Source: Octopus vulgaris (lineage: Eukaryota). From it: a DNA stretch of 64,000 nt. Positions 50,721-64,000 of the stretch are shown piece by piece. The notes beneath the pieces are model-generated. The model was not told the origin of the DNA. It searched no databases and saw nothing but the letters and a program-made list of their open reading frames with translations. A program made the position numbers and the translations under genes. Numbering within the stretch: position 1 is the stretch's first letter; the number at the start of each line of letters is the position of its first letter. The stretch covers positions 110,422,001 to 110,486,000 of the forward strand of contig OX597817.1 of assembly GCA_951406725.2 (NCBI GenBank), in the 5' to 3' direction.

Positions 50721-53700
50721 CATATATATGTATATACATATATATACATATTTTACAAGTTCAAGAAATGAACAAAAATGCTAATAATAATGAAGAAATA
50801 AAAAGATTTTCTTTCCAAAATTCTGACGACCTTTTTTCTCAACATATCATCATCATCATCATCATGTGTGTGTGTGTGTATGAATGTATGCATGTGTTGT
50901 GTGTTTGTGTGTGAACAAAGGTCTGCGAATGTTAATATTCCACATTTGTCACTGCTTCAGTGAAATGGCAGTGATGTTGACAGCATGATTGGCTGCTCTC
51001 TATTTTCAATAGGACTCTGGAATAAAAAAAAACTGCTCCCTCACTCAAAGAATATGTAAAGATTGGCAGCAGAAAGAGCAAATGGCTGTAAAATTTTGCA
51101 CTAAATAAATCCCCACCCCCACCCCTACACACACACTCCATCTAGCACATGCTAGTATGAAAAATGGACATTAAGTAAATGAATGAGTTAACAAATATGA
51201 TTACTTTATAGATTGAAGGAGGTAGTTATTGAGGTGGAAGTACTGGGGAAAATTATCAATACATTAAATCTCAATTGAAATACTTTGTCAGTTTTAAATG
51301 TTCCAAGTTTCTATACTTAGTAACTTTGCCAACATTATTATTTATTAGAGTAAGGTAGCAAGCTTGTAGAATCGTTAGCGCACCAAGCAAAATGCTTAGC
51401 AGTATTTCATCCGTGTTTACATTCTGAATTTAAATGCCACTGGGGTTGACTTAGCCTTTCATCCCATTCAGGGTCAATAAAACAAGCACCAGTTGATCAC
51501 TGGGTTCAATGTAATCAACTTACTCACCCCACCCTGAAATTGCTGGCTTTGTGCCAAAATTTGAAACCGTTATCATTTATCAGTGTTTGGAGCTAGTAAC
51601 AGAATTTCTTACCTTTTTTCTCTCGACTTCTTTCAGTCATTGAACAGTGGCCATGCTGGAGCACTGGTTTGAAGGGTTTAGTTGAGCAAATCAATACCGG
51701 TACCGTCTTTAAATTCTGGTACTTATTCCATCAGTCTCTCTCTTGCCAAACTGCTAAGTTACAGGGATGTTTACGAACCAACACTGGTTGTCAAGTGGTG
51801 GCAGGGGACGAACACAAAGACATACACACACACACTCACACATATATATGCATGTATATGTGTGTGTATATAGATATATATATATATATGTTGATGGGCT
51901 TCCACACAGTTTCCATCAACTAAATTCCCTCACACAGTATTAATTGACCTGAGGCTATAACAGAAGACACTTGTACAAGATGCTGTGCTGTGGGACTGAA
52001 CCCAGAACTACATGATTGCAAAGCAAGCTTCCTAACCACACAGCTATGCCTGTGCCTATGTTATTAGATGGCACAAAAGTCCTTTATTTTGTGAAAACTT
52101 AGTTGTTTGCTTTAGATTGAACATTGGTAGATCATCTTTCAGATGGAGTAACTTGTTAGAATTGGTCGAGCAACAGGCAAAATGGCATTTAGACTGATTC
52201 TAAGTTTGAATTTAAAGTTGATTTTGCGTTTCATCATTCTAGAGTCGATTGAATAAGTACCAATTGTTGTATAGGCCATGGCAACCCTGATATAGAGCAG
52301 ACTAATGGTGAAAGATGTTCCTACTGTTACCATGCCATCTTTTATTTCCAGACAATGTATTTTAAACTGGATTATCTAATGTTCTCTCTATTATTTAACC
52401 TTTTAGCATTTAAATAGGCCATATCCAGCCCAAATATTTTATCTGTTTTTTTATTCAAAATGACAAGATTTGGCCTCTCACACCTACCCTCCAATGTCAT
52501 TCCAAAAGTAAATAATCATGTCATCAAAATCTCAAAACTATGAGAAAATGCCCAATTAATTCAAAACAACGTGAATAAATAAGCAGTACTTTTGATAGAT
52601 TAATGTGGATACTAAAGGGTTAAGGTGATTAGAAGTAGATTTGGCTAGTATTTATAACAGATTGATTGACAATACATGAGTTCTCTCAGTGACATTGGAT
52701 GCCATACAAGCATGATCTCACATGGTTAGAAAAGAACACTGAATCAAATCTCTGAAATAGGTTGTTCAAGGTCTCAATAGAATACATATGGGAAACAGAT
52801 TGACAGATGTTCCTATATGTAATTTTCAACGATCTTGCAAGCAAGATTGTTGAAAATTGCATCAATTATAGAGCTCATAGAAGTGTTAACTACAGAGTGG
52901 ATAAATATGGATCAATCTGTCATTAATAATCTAATCAAATCTATGCTTAGTGATACCAGTGAAGTACTGAGGCTAATATAACTAACTTTTCTCCCTACCA
53001 TGTTACTTAGAGTTTCTATTAGCAATTATTATTTCTTTTGAGAGTTTTGACATGCATACAACATTGGGTGATGACATTTGTTATATATGGTTGATTAATA
53101 TATATACTGGCACTCTGTTGGTTATGACGAGAAGGGTTCTAGTTGATCCAATAAATGGAACAGCCTACTTGTGAAATTAATGTGCAAGTGGCTGAGCACT
53201 CTACAGACATGGAGCAACATGAAATAAAGTGTCTTGCTCAAGGACACACCACATTGCCAGGAATCAAACTCATGATCTTACAATCATGAGCTGAATACCC
53301 TAACCACTAAGCCAGGTGCCTTCACACAATATCTATAATACATATATATCGTACATTAATAATACATATATATATATATAGTTCATTAATATATATAATA
53401 CTATATTTGTTAGAGCAATGGGAAAAATACATTGTGATATTTAGTTAAGTTGCTTTACATTCTAAATTCAATAATATGGTTGACTTTGCCTTCCATCTTT
53501 ATTGAGGTCAATAAAATATAGCACCATTCAAACCTTGGGTCCATGTAATCAATGATACCCTTATCCTCCCTTTAACCTGTGGCTATGTGCCTATGTCAGG
53601 AACAAATATATACTGTTACATAAATAATTCAAACACTGTAAAGGAAACATGGATGTGAAAAATAACAATAATGCACATGTACATACACACACAAGTTCTT

Positions 53701-54937
53701 TTTTATCATCTATGTTCTACTAGAAGGTGGATTTCTACCAGTGTAAATGGTATGATACTTCAACCATTATCAGTTTACAAATGCAGGTTGGTGAAAGACT
53801 GTATTCAAAATGCTGGACTCCTCTTCTTACTCATGTCATAAAACATATTCCACTACTTATAATTACTTATTGCTGATGCAGAATACCTCTAATTTCATTG
53901 GTTTCTACTGTTTGTTATTTAGTACAAATTACAAGATTAAAGTGTTTACTGCCAAAAGTTTACAAGTATAGATTTAAATGAAGCAGTAATTCATACAGAA
54001 AGAAATAATAATTTTCAATTGCAACATTCATAAAGATGTGTGCCAGTGCCATGTAAGAGACACTTGTGCTGGTGCCACATAAAAGTGCTCATGTCGGTGC
54101 CACATTTGAAGCACTTTGCACACACTGTAAAGTGGTTATCATTGGGAAGGGCATCCAGCTGTAGAAGCCATGCCAAATCAGACTGGAGCCTAGTGCAGCT
54201 CTCCAGCTTGCAAGCTTTGGTCAAACCATGTCCAACCCATGCCAGCATAGAAAATAGATGTTAAAGGATGATGATGATGATAATTCATGAAGATGGTTTG
54301 GGTTAAATATTTTGCAGGAGCTAGTGCTATGCATATGTTCTGGAAATAAAGAGTAGATAATGACCAATTCCACTCTAGCTGAGTCCTGTACAGAGAGAGA
54401 AAGAGAGGTCTGAGTTCTGCTTAAATAACCTGTGCATAGCTAAGAGATACCTTTCTCCCATTAAGTCTGATAACCTGGTAAATAATTATGAGTAACCAAA
54501 GCTTCACCTGATTCTACGAGTGTCACTACAACAGAATAAATTTTATGATTTGAGAAAGAGGCCTATCATTTCAGGCTGATGAATGGTTATGCTGAAAATG
54601 TTAGGCTTTTCTTGTTCATGACATAAAAGATATTTCCACAATTTGAATTACTAGTATTACTTTTCTGATGTAGAATGCCACTAGTTTCATTGAAACCTAC
54701 TGTATGTTATTTAATCCAAATTGGAAGATTAAACTTGGTTGATATTGTTGATATCTCTGTTTTCTTATAGTTCTATGAATCATAGATGTAAGTAAAATAA
54801 TGAGAATATTGCAGTGATTGATGCTATGGTGACTTGAGTAGTTCTAAAATTAGTTTCTTATTTAAGATCAATGACACAAATTTCTAAGAAAAGAAAATGA
54901 AGAAATGTAAGCTATCATATCTCTACAATATTAACAG

Positions 54938-55099
54938 GTGCAAGAGTGGCCGTGTGGTAAGTAGCTTGCTTACCAACCACATGGTTCTGGATTCAGTCCC
55001 ACTGCATGGCACCTTGGGCAAGTGTCTTCTACTATAGACTCGGGCTGACCAAAACCTTGTGAGTGGATTTGGTAGACGGAAACTGAAAGAAGCCCATTG

Positions 55100-55132
<33 letters not shown>

Positions 55133-55355
55133 ATGTGTTTGTGTGTCTGTGTTTGTCCCCCCAACATCGCTTGACAACCGATGCTGGTGTGTTTACATCC
55201 CCGTAACTTAGTGATTTGGCAAAAGAGACCGATAGAATAAGTACTAGGCTTACGAAGAATAAGTCCCGGGGTCGATTTGCTCGACTAAAGGCGGTGCTCC
55301 AGCATGGCCGCAATCAAATGACTGAAACAAGTAAAAGAATAAAAGAGTAAAAGAG
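54938..55355 (+). mobile_element. tRNA-derived SINE, best-preserved copy of a family with many copies here (e.g. about 583-745 -, 21391 +, 51625-52058 -, 60130-60290 -)
   Basis: A-box TGGCCGTGTGG, B-box-like GGATTCAGTCC, MIR/CORE-like caccttgggcaagt, internal microsatellite and (taaaaga)n tail. Confidence 0.8.
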
Positions 55356-55477
55356 CAGATTTCAAATGAAAAGTTGCCTAAAATGTGGTTTATTTATTTT
55401 ATATCACATTTGTGAACAATAACATTGTTTACAAGTTTCCAATGGACCAATCTACTTACTTTGCTTTCATTAATTAA

Positions 55478-55685
55478 CCCTTTAGCATTTAAACTAGCCA
55501 TTTTCAGCTCAAATACTCTATCCATTTAATGTTCAAACCAACCAGATCTGGCCTCTCACACCTACATTGCAATGTCATTCTAAGAATAAACCATCACACT
55601 ATCGAAATCTCAAAGCTATGAGCTAGTGCATGATTAATTCAAAACAATGTGAATAAAATACGCATTAATTAGCGAGAGTAAAGGG
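55478..55685. mobile_element. piggyBac-like MITE (other copies about 52399-52599, 41085-41295, 32400-32617)
   Basis: TTAA|CCCTTTA...TAAAGGG|TTAA termini; multiple homologous copies. Confidence 0.75.
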
Positions 55686-55803
55686 TTAACTACTCTCCAA
55701 GAACTTTTTCCTTACTTTCTGGACGATAAAAACCATTCTAAAACATTGTTACTGGAATCCTGACCTTTGTCAGTAAAGGTGATATTACTTAAATATCCTT
55801 ATA

Positions 55804-56193
55804 CTAACAGTATCGCCCGGCGTTGCTCGGGTTTGAATTGGAATTTTAGAATTGGAATTTTTGAAAAGTAAAAATTTCGCATTATGTAGCTTGTTATTCT
55901 CTTTAAGTGAACATTTTCCTGGTTGAAATACACTGAAAAATGGCGACACAGCAGTCAAAAAATCGTAAAAAATAGGGATTTTCATAGAAAAGAAGCACCT
56001 TTTTGATGTAAATAATTTTTGGTCCTAACGTGGTCCAATTTGAATTTTATCTTCTACGGAATAAAGAGCAAGCCTTCTTCTATCATACTCTCAATTTTGG
56101 TCAACTTGCGCTGCAGGGTCTCGGAGGAGATAATATTAGTTGAAGGTTACCAAACCTGCCACACACAGACAACTTCAGCTTTATATATATAGA
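55804..56193 (-). mobile_element. Non-autonomous Helitron
   Basis: Minus strand A|TCTATATATATAAAGC...CCCGAGCAACGCCGGG hairpin...TTAG|T (CTAG in the 48930 copy). Confidence 0.75.
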
Positions 56194-56617
56194 TTACCTA
56201 AGTATTCTTTTTCTTACAGTAAACTTGAGATTATAGTGTTAAATGTTTCCACCTGTCAAGGGGCCAACAAATTTTATTGCATTTTTTTTTAGAACTCCAC
56301 CTGATAGCTTATCGTTTTTATAATAATAGACACAAGTACAGCTGTATAGCTAAGAAGCAGTGCCAGTTACCCAGGGACCCTATGATCTAGGGGCCCAATT
56401 CTGGACTGTGTATGCCTTGCTGTCAATGAATAAATACTATAGTGCCCAGTACATTGATTTGCCTGGCGGGGCCTACAGTGCTGGTGCGTTTACTTTACAG
56501 TTACATGGTTCTTGTTTCAGTTTCACAGCATGGCATATTGAATGAGTGGTCTATACTATAGTTTCAGACTAGTCTTGTGAGTACCTTGCAATTATGATTT
56601 CCAAGACTGAAACAGCA

Positions 56618-56666
<49 letters not shown>

Positions 56667-57214
56667 TGTGTGTTTGTGTACGTGTTTGTGTGTTTGTGTG
56701 TGTGTGTGCATGTGTGTGCGTGCATGCACGCTTATATCTGTGTATTCACACATATGTATATGTGTGTACGCTGCACTCCCAAGTGAATGTGATATGTACA
56801 TGTACGTGTGACATATGTGTGTGAGTATGTGTGTCTGCATTTGTGATCATATATGTGTGCATGAGTTTGTTAGCTTTTGTGTGCTTTTGAATGGACACTT
56901 GTTCCACAGTGATGATGTTATTATGAGCTACGTATACAAAAATTCCTTCAGCTCAGCAGTTTGGTGAGCAATGACATGAAATAAAAATACTTTACTTGAA
57001 AACAAGGCAGAGTTAATGACAAGAATTACTGCCTCAAAACAAGGCAGAGTTAATGACAAGAACTACTGCCTCAAAAATTCTTATCCAACCCATGCCAGCA
57101 TAGAAAAAGTAGATGTATAAATGAAGGTGATGACATTCTGATCAAATGTGTATTGATTAAAATAATGCTGGACCGTCTATATATATGCAAGATCATCTCC
57201 TCTTGATACTTATG

Positions 57215-57834
57215 GGGCATAACCAGCCCACTAATGCATACTTTTTCCTTCTTTGGACACTAAACTCTGCTTGCGAAGACCTGTTGAGATAAGTGAAATC
57301 AAAATCAAATTCGATGACTGGAATCCATGCTAGTTGGGTGCAAAGAGCACCATACGAGTGTGATCGTTGACGGAGCGGCTAACCGGCTTCTGTGCCAGTG
57401 GCACTTAAAAGGCACCATTTGAGCATGATCGTTACCAGCGTCGCATTACTGGCACTTGTGCCTGTGCTAGTAGGGTGCTAAGAACACCATCCGAGCGTGA
57501 TCATTGCCAGAGCAGCTAACTGACTTCCATGCTGGTGGCACGTAAAAGGCACCATTCAAGCGTGATCGCTACCAGTGTTGCCTTACTGGCACCTGTGCCG
57601 GTGGCATGTGTGAAAAGATTCGAGCGAGGTCATTGCCAGTACCGCCTGACTGGCCCCCGTACCGGTGGCACGTAAAAAGCAGCCACTACACTCTCGGAGT
57701 GGTTGGCGTTAGGAAGGGCATCCAGCTGTAGAAACTCTGCCGGATCAAGATTGGAGCCTGGTGCAGCCATCTGGTTCACCAGCCCTCAGTCAAAATCGTC
57801 CAACCCATGCTAGCATGGAAAGCGGATGTTAAAC

Positions 57835-57870
<36 letters not shown>
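57215..57870 (+). mobile_element. RTE-tail repeat with an internal array of six units of about 65 nt, ending in (GAT)n
   Basis: Units start at about 57325, 57391, 57462, 57528, 57593 and 57658, followed by the conserved tail and a GAT microsatellite. Confidence 0.75.
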
Positions 57871-57871
<1 letters not shown>

Positions 57872-59564
57872 GCAATTGTTGTTGGATTATGCCAATCAGT
57901 TTTACTGATGTATATCTTATACCAATGAGGTGACCAATGACATTAGTTAGTATTTTTATCTATGGTTAATCATCTTTATTGTAAGCAAATTGTCCTAAGC
58001 TTTTGGATACAAACTTCATAAATTTGTTAAATTTGAAATTTGAAACTTAAACATATGTTCCCACTTCAACAGACTGTTGGGACAATATTTTTATAGGTAT
58101 TTATTTGCTACATGAAGCAGATTTAGAGATTTAGTGACTTCTTAGAAGTACCCTGTATTATTGTTTGTTGTTGAAGTAGTATTTGAATTTATGAATGAAA
58201 ATTAGCATCTACGACATATGGCTTATTAATTCATTATAAATGTATTATTTCTTATTAAGTTAGATTTATAAACTTGAAACTGGATAGCACTTAATGATTA
58301 TAAAAGTATTACATTTTGTTACCATATAAGTGATTAAATACAATTGTAACAGAAGTTATGTTTATTTAAGTTAAAAATTATTTAAATTTAACTAAATCAA
58401 AGAATAATGTATAATATTACACACCATTATTTCTCTTTTTATTTATTGTCATTTTATTGTTGGCCTGGCTGTTTGAACCAAACATGTCAGTAATTTTTAA
58501 ACATAGTTTCTGCATGACAGAAGCATAAACACTTACACATGTATATATAAAATATATAAACATACAGAAATGTTTCAGAATCCAACAGTTATTGTCACTA
58601 GAGTTAGTAAAATATGTTGTTACTAGAAAAAAGTGGGTTTGATATATGCACTAATGCGTTGAAGGATGAAATGAGCAAAAATAGTTTTATTCTTACAAAT
58701 CTCCTCCTTCACCTATCAAATAGCTGGATACTATGAATTAATGCTTTTCACATCTCAGTTGTGTTATGCAATGCAAATATATCCTCATCATTTTACCTTC
58801 TCAAATGTCTATAGTCAAATAATGTTAGAGTTAATATACCAGTTTAGTTCTTTATTTACATATGTATACAACAAGCCTTGTGGGGCTGCCTCCTATCTGT
58901 CTCTTCAGAGTTCCTACTGATCATTCCCTTCCTCCCCTACTAAAAATGTAAATAACCATGCAGCTCTTCTACAAGAACCTGCTCTGCATCACCTTCACTT
59001 CACCCACACTCTAATACTTCATCCCATGGCATAAAACTGATCCTCATTCTTCAAAGGGTTCTCAAAGCTGCATGGCAACCTCAGTAGTGCTGGTGGCACA
59101 AAAAAGAAAGCACACAGTACCCCCAGTAAAGTGGTTGGTGTTTGGAAGGGCATCCAGCCATAGAAACCATGCCAATATATACACAGGAGCATAGTGCAGT
59201 CTTTGGACCTACTGGATCCAGTCAAACAGTCCAACCATAGTCAGCATGGAACATGGATGTTAAATGATGATACTGATTATGATGTGAGTGTGAAGGCATA
59301 TGTATGCTTTACTTTGCTGTCAATAAATAAACACTTTAGGCCCCCCCACACACACATACATACATATAGGTAATTTTTTTGGACTAATAGGTATACGTCA
59401 ATTAGTGTGCTGAGCAAAGCATATTCACAGTTTGGGCTACCTGGTATCATCTATAGTTGGGGTATATTTATGCTGGATCTACTTTAGGAATTACGCAGTG
59501 TTAGTTAAGATAATAATAATCGATGAATGAAGTGGAAAATGGATTTGGCATTAGTCTTTATCCA

Positions 59565-59669
59565 GTACAATGATTGTTTCGACCCTTCCTGCAACTGTCC
59601 TTTATGGGTGAGATATTGTGCATCCAATTGTGCTGTATTGATCAGTACAGTCTGGGTGACATCAGGTAC
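59565..59669 (-). ncRNA. Degenerate extended-helix-II hammerhead (diverged relative of 50535)
   Basis: GUAC-CUGAUGU-CACCC-[long insert]-GGGUC-GAAAC-AAUC-AUU^GUAC. Confidence 0.45.
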
Positions 59670-59677
59670 ATGCATAC

Positions 59678-59797
<120 letters not shown>

Positions 59798-61118
59798 TTA
59801 TATTAAATTAGAGATAAAAACACTATTAGGCAAAACTTTAATTTAAATATTTTAATTTAGAATTTTATATTTTATATTTTTTATATTTATATTTTATATT
59901 TTTTTTTATTAATTTTTTTCTATGTATTGACTTATGATTTTCACTGTTTGATTTGCCTAATAGTGGTTTTATCTCTAATTTGATATAATATATATTTATA
60001 CTATAAAATTAGATTTAATCCTAAATCTAATTTTCCCTGTAAGTTTGGATTTACTCCCTAATATTATTATTATATATATATATATATATATATATACATA
60101 CATACATATATATATATATGCATACATTGGGCTTTTTTCAGTTTCTGGTCTACCAAATCTACTCACAAGGCTTTGGTCAGTCTGAAGCTATTGTAGAAGT
60201 CACTTGCCCAAAATGCCATGTAGTAGGATTGAACCTGGAACCTTGTGGTTGGAAAGCAGGCTTCTTACCACACAACCAAGCCTGTGCCTGAAAGCCATGG
60301 AAACCAAGATATGCTACAGCTTAATGAGCCTGTTGATTCGATAAACCTAAGAATGTGTGTGTGTGTGTGTGTGCATGTGCATGCATGCATGTGTGTCTGT
60401 GTCCACATGTCTTCACATTGATGCTGCTTTCAAAGTAATGATTCAACATATGTTGCAAATAAGGAAAATGACCTGTAGTTTGGCAGTTCAACATGTGAGA
60501 ATGTGGAATAAAAATAACTTGAAAACGTGTAGAAGTTGGTGAAAAAACTCCATCATAATAAACTGGAAAAAAAACACATAAAGAATACAAGTAACTTTGT
60601 ACAATTATTGTAAGATGCATTGGTAACTAAATCAATGAAACTTAAGTAATTTTTAGCTAATTTATCTGTTACATGTGTCAATCACTGGACTGCTACTATG
60701 CTGGAGCATTTCCTTGAAGAGTCTTAGTCAAAACAAATTGATTTGTATGCTTATTTTTTAAAGTCTTGTATTTATTCTTTCATTGTGAGGATGTAAGCAA
60801 ACCAACACCGGTTTTCAAGCAGTGTGAGGAACAAGTAGAAAATATAAAAAACAACTTTTCGGAGCAATAGTGGTTTATTGAGGCATACAGTTGTGGATTT
60901 TTTCCATATCAAAGTATTTTAAGCTGAAAAAAATTGTTTTAATATTTCACAGTAGACAGCCAGGGTTGTCTAGTATGTGAATAAAATACAAGAGTTAAGG
61001 AATTGAGTAGATAATATCTTGTTAATCCAAACATGAACAAAGAGAAAACACAACAATGCAAGAACGTGGAACAAGTATAGTGTTATTGGATACTCAGGAA
61101 AGGAAAGAAAGAAGGAGG

Positions 61119-61153
61119 ATTTAACGTTTCGAGCAGAGCTCTTCGTCAGCAAC
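61119..61153 (-). ncRNA. Minimal hammerhead ribozyme (helix III absent, AACGUU palindrome)
   Basis: GUUG-CUGACGA-A-GAGC(UCU)GCUC-GAAAC-GUU^AAAU; helix I is short and imperfect. Confidence 0.55.
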
Positions 61154-61874
61154 ATAGAAACAGGAAAGGTCCAAGGAAGGGAAGACGGAAGAAAAAAATC
61201 GCCAACGATACACACACGGTCATAGACTCCCACATCACAATTTCCATCAAACAAATTCACTTATAAGGCATTGCTCGACCTGGAGTTATAGCAAAAGACA
61301 CTTACCCAGAATGCTATGCAGTGGGACTGAACCAATAATCACAATGTTCCAAAGCAAGCATTTTTAACCACATAGCCATAATGCTAATAAATTTTTGCAA
61401 GAGATGTCAATGAAAGCTGACATTGAAAAGTAATTATAATAATAGCTGAATAACTCTGATGTGAATGCTGAACCTATAATAAAAAGAAAAAGGTTTCAAT
61501 TAAAAATAAACCTCTGACTTTATAGGATATATATTTTTCTTAAAGTTTGTATGGCTTCTCCATGCCATACACTAATACAGCATCTCATAAGCTATTATAA
61601 GCTAGTATACACATATAGTGTTTCACCTTCCCGTCATGTTTACTGTAACATCCTTCTGCTTCCCATTGGATACATTTACTTTTATTCCTTTACTTGTTTC
61701 AGTCATTGTAGTGTGGCACCATCTTGAAGGAGTTTTAAACAAATTGAATCCAGAAATTGTTTTTTAAGTCTCTTTTTGCATTGTAAGTTATGGGTACCTG
61801 AGAACAAACCATCACCAGTTGTCAAGCAGTGAGGCACAAACACAAACACAAACACAAACACAAACCCCACCCCC

Positions 61875-61921
<47 letters not shown>

Positions 61922-62122
61922 TACTTAGCGTTCCATTAAATAATAAGTTAAAAAACATAATAAATGCACAAACAAATGGAAAACAGATACAGGAGGTCAC
62001 CAAATCTTCACCTGTTATCAACCAGAGGGTCAAATGCAATTTCATGCCTTCAAGCACCAATTTGCATTTGAACCTCTGACCCTTGTTTTCCATTTGCTGA
62101 TGCATTTATTATATGTTTTTTA

Positions 62123-62339
<217 letters not shown>

Positions 62340-63088
62340 GATGGGCTTTTGCACAGTTTTTAGTTACCAAATTCACTTTCAAAGCACTGATTGCTTTGGA
62401 ACAATAGTAAAAGACACTTGTCTAAGATGCCATGCAGTGGGACTGAACTCAGAATGACTTTGTTGTGAATCAAACTTCTGAACCACACAGTCATGTCTGC
62501 ACCTTTTTTTCCCTAACATGGCTACACTTTGGAGTTCTTATTATGCATATGGTCCTTATATCTTAAAAAAAAATAGTTGTTCACTTCACCTATATAAACT
62601 TGTCAGTAACCACCTGTTTTCATGGTAAATGAAACTTCCATAAGTGATAGATTCAACCTTTGAGCATTTAAATACACATTGAGCTTGGTAGGATTTGAAC
62701 TCAGAATGTAAAGGGCCAATACATATACCACAAAGCATTTTTCTAATGCTTTAATAATTCCACCAGTCCATCATCTTAATGAAGGTTATAATAATAATCC
62801 TTTCAATAATAGATACAAAGTTTGGAATCTTAGGGAAGTGGTTTTGCCAATTACATCAATCCTAGTACTTGACTGGTACTTGTTTTATTGATCCCAAAAG
62901 AATGAAAGGCACAGTCACCCTCAGCAGCATTTGAACTCAAAACATAAAGACATATGAAATGCTGTTAAGCATTTTGTCTACTAATGATTCTGCCAGTGTG
63001 CTGCCTTAAAGATAGTAATAATAAAACATGATACTATAGATTAACTTTATTCTATTTCACCTTTCCTCCAATATGTTAGTGATGTAAA

Positions 63089-63526
63089 TCTATATCTATA
63101 AAACAGTCCTTGGACGAAAAATGTATGCACATTTTGCTTTGACAGTTAATGGCAGCCAAACCAAGGTTAGGATCAAATTGAAAATTGGCAGGGATACTAA
63201 ATGCGTGGTGAGGATGAGACCCACAATGGTTAAAATTCGCAAGCTATAAAGATGTGGTTGCTATGGCAAAAAGAGTGATTCAAGGTTTGTGTGATTGGCT
63301 TTTAATGCCCAGTGGCATGCACTGCAGGCTGTTGTGCTTAATAAACATACATTTTGTCGCGAAATTCCGGCTACTAGGAAACGATTTTTTATTGTGAAAA
63401 AACGAGTGCTTTTTGCCCTCATTTTCTTTCTAATTTTTAATAAAATTTCGGTTTTTTTAAAAAAAAATTCCTCATCTTTAAAATGTGGCCCGAGTAGACC
63501 CGAATGAAATCAGGTTATAATACTAG
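63089..63526 (+). mobile_element. Non-autonomous Helitron, second family
   Basis: A|TCTATATCTATAAAAC 5' end; subterminal hairpin ACCCGAATGAAATCAGGT; CTAG|T 3' end. Confidence 0.65.
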
Positions 63527-64000
63527 TCTAAAATATTCTGAAATGTTCTACATTGATTTTGTACAGTATGGAGTATAATGGTAAACTATGTAAATATCAC
63601 AATGTAGGAAGAGTGTATGGAAAATAACAAAAAGACTATTTAAATTTTAGTGCAATGTTTTAATTACTGCAATTTCTAGTTAACAAAATATTGAATTGGA
63701 AACCAGTCAGCATATTTTTGTAGTTACTTGGTAGATACATAATTTCCTTTGAGGACTGCATGACAACCCCCATGTAGAGGGCTACAGATTGCCAATCAGT
63801 GTTCCTAATCCCTCATTTGAGGGATTTATATTTTCTTATTAAAAAATACATTACAAATGTTTCACCTGGGGTTTTCCAAGATGCTATTAAAATCTAGATA
63901 TTATAAGAAAAGTAACTAAATATAATTGAAACAAATCTATCAATATCAGTATCAGATAGATATACAAATTCTTATTTTCTAAACTGACGTACTAAGGTTT

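Noticed and set aside
54938-55010. tRNA gene
   Set aside because: A/B boxes are present but there is no complete cloverleaf, and it continues into the multi-copy SINE body.
56998-57075. 37-bp tandem duplication
   Set aside because: Simple local slippage inside a decayed SINE tail.
57325-57690. CRISPR-like array or canonical pistol ribozyme
   Set aside because: Whole units are homologous with no unique spacers, in a eukaryotic context; pistol P2 and the cleavage-site GU arrangement are absent.

Overview
AT-rich, microsatellite- and repeat-dense animal genomic DNA. The SINE/LINE content and microsatellite load suggest a coleoid cephalopod (Octopus-like); this is an inference. One real protein-coding gene is present: a + strand multi-exon TGF-beta-family type I receptor kinase of the ACVR1/ALK1-ALK2/saxophone group. 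Seven exons (21050-37512) are well supported and phase-consistent, while the N-terminus is unresolved. Nearly all other ORFs in the track are noise or transposon debris. Mobile elements include a decayed 4.6-kb L1/Tx1-type retrotransposon, a DD37D (maT) Tc1/mariner relic, a Penelope-like (PLE) ORF relic, RTE/CR1/CRE fragments, non-autonomous Helitrons, TTAA MITEs and tRNA-derived SINEs. The most striking hidden layer is about ten hammerhead-ribozyme (HHR) motifs from about six short non-coding repeat families, most with PLE-like tandem-plus-inverted architecture. One family has a greatly enlarged helix II. One copy sits directly downstream of, and sense to, the tail-less L1 element inside a three-level nested insertion. 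A candidate HDV-like fold and a tandem pseudoknot array are also noted. All folds were made by eye and are untested.
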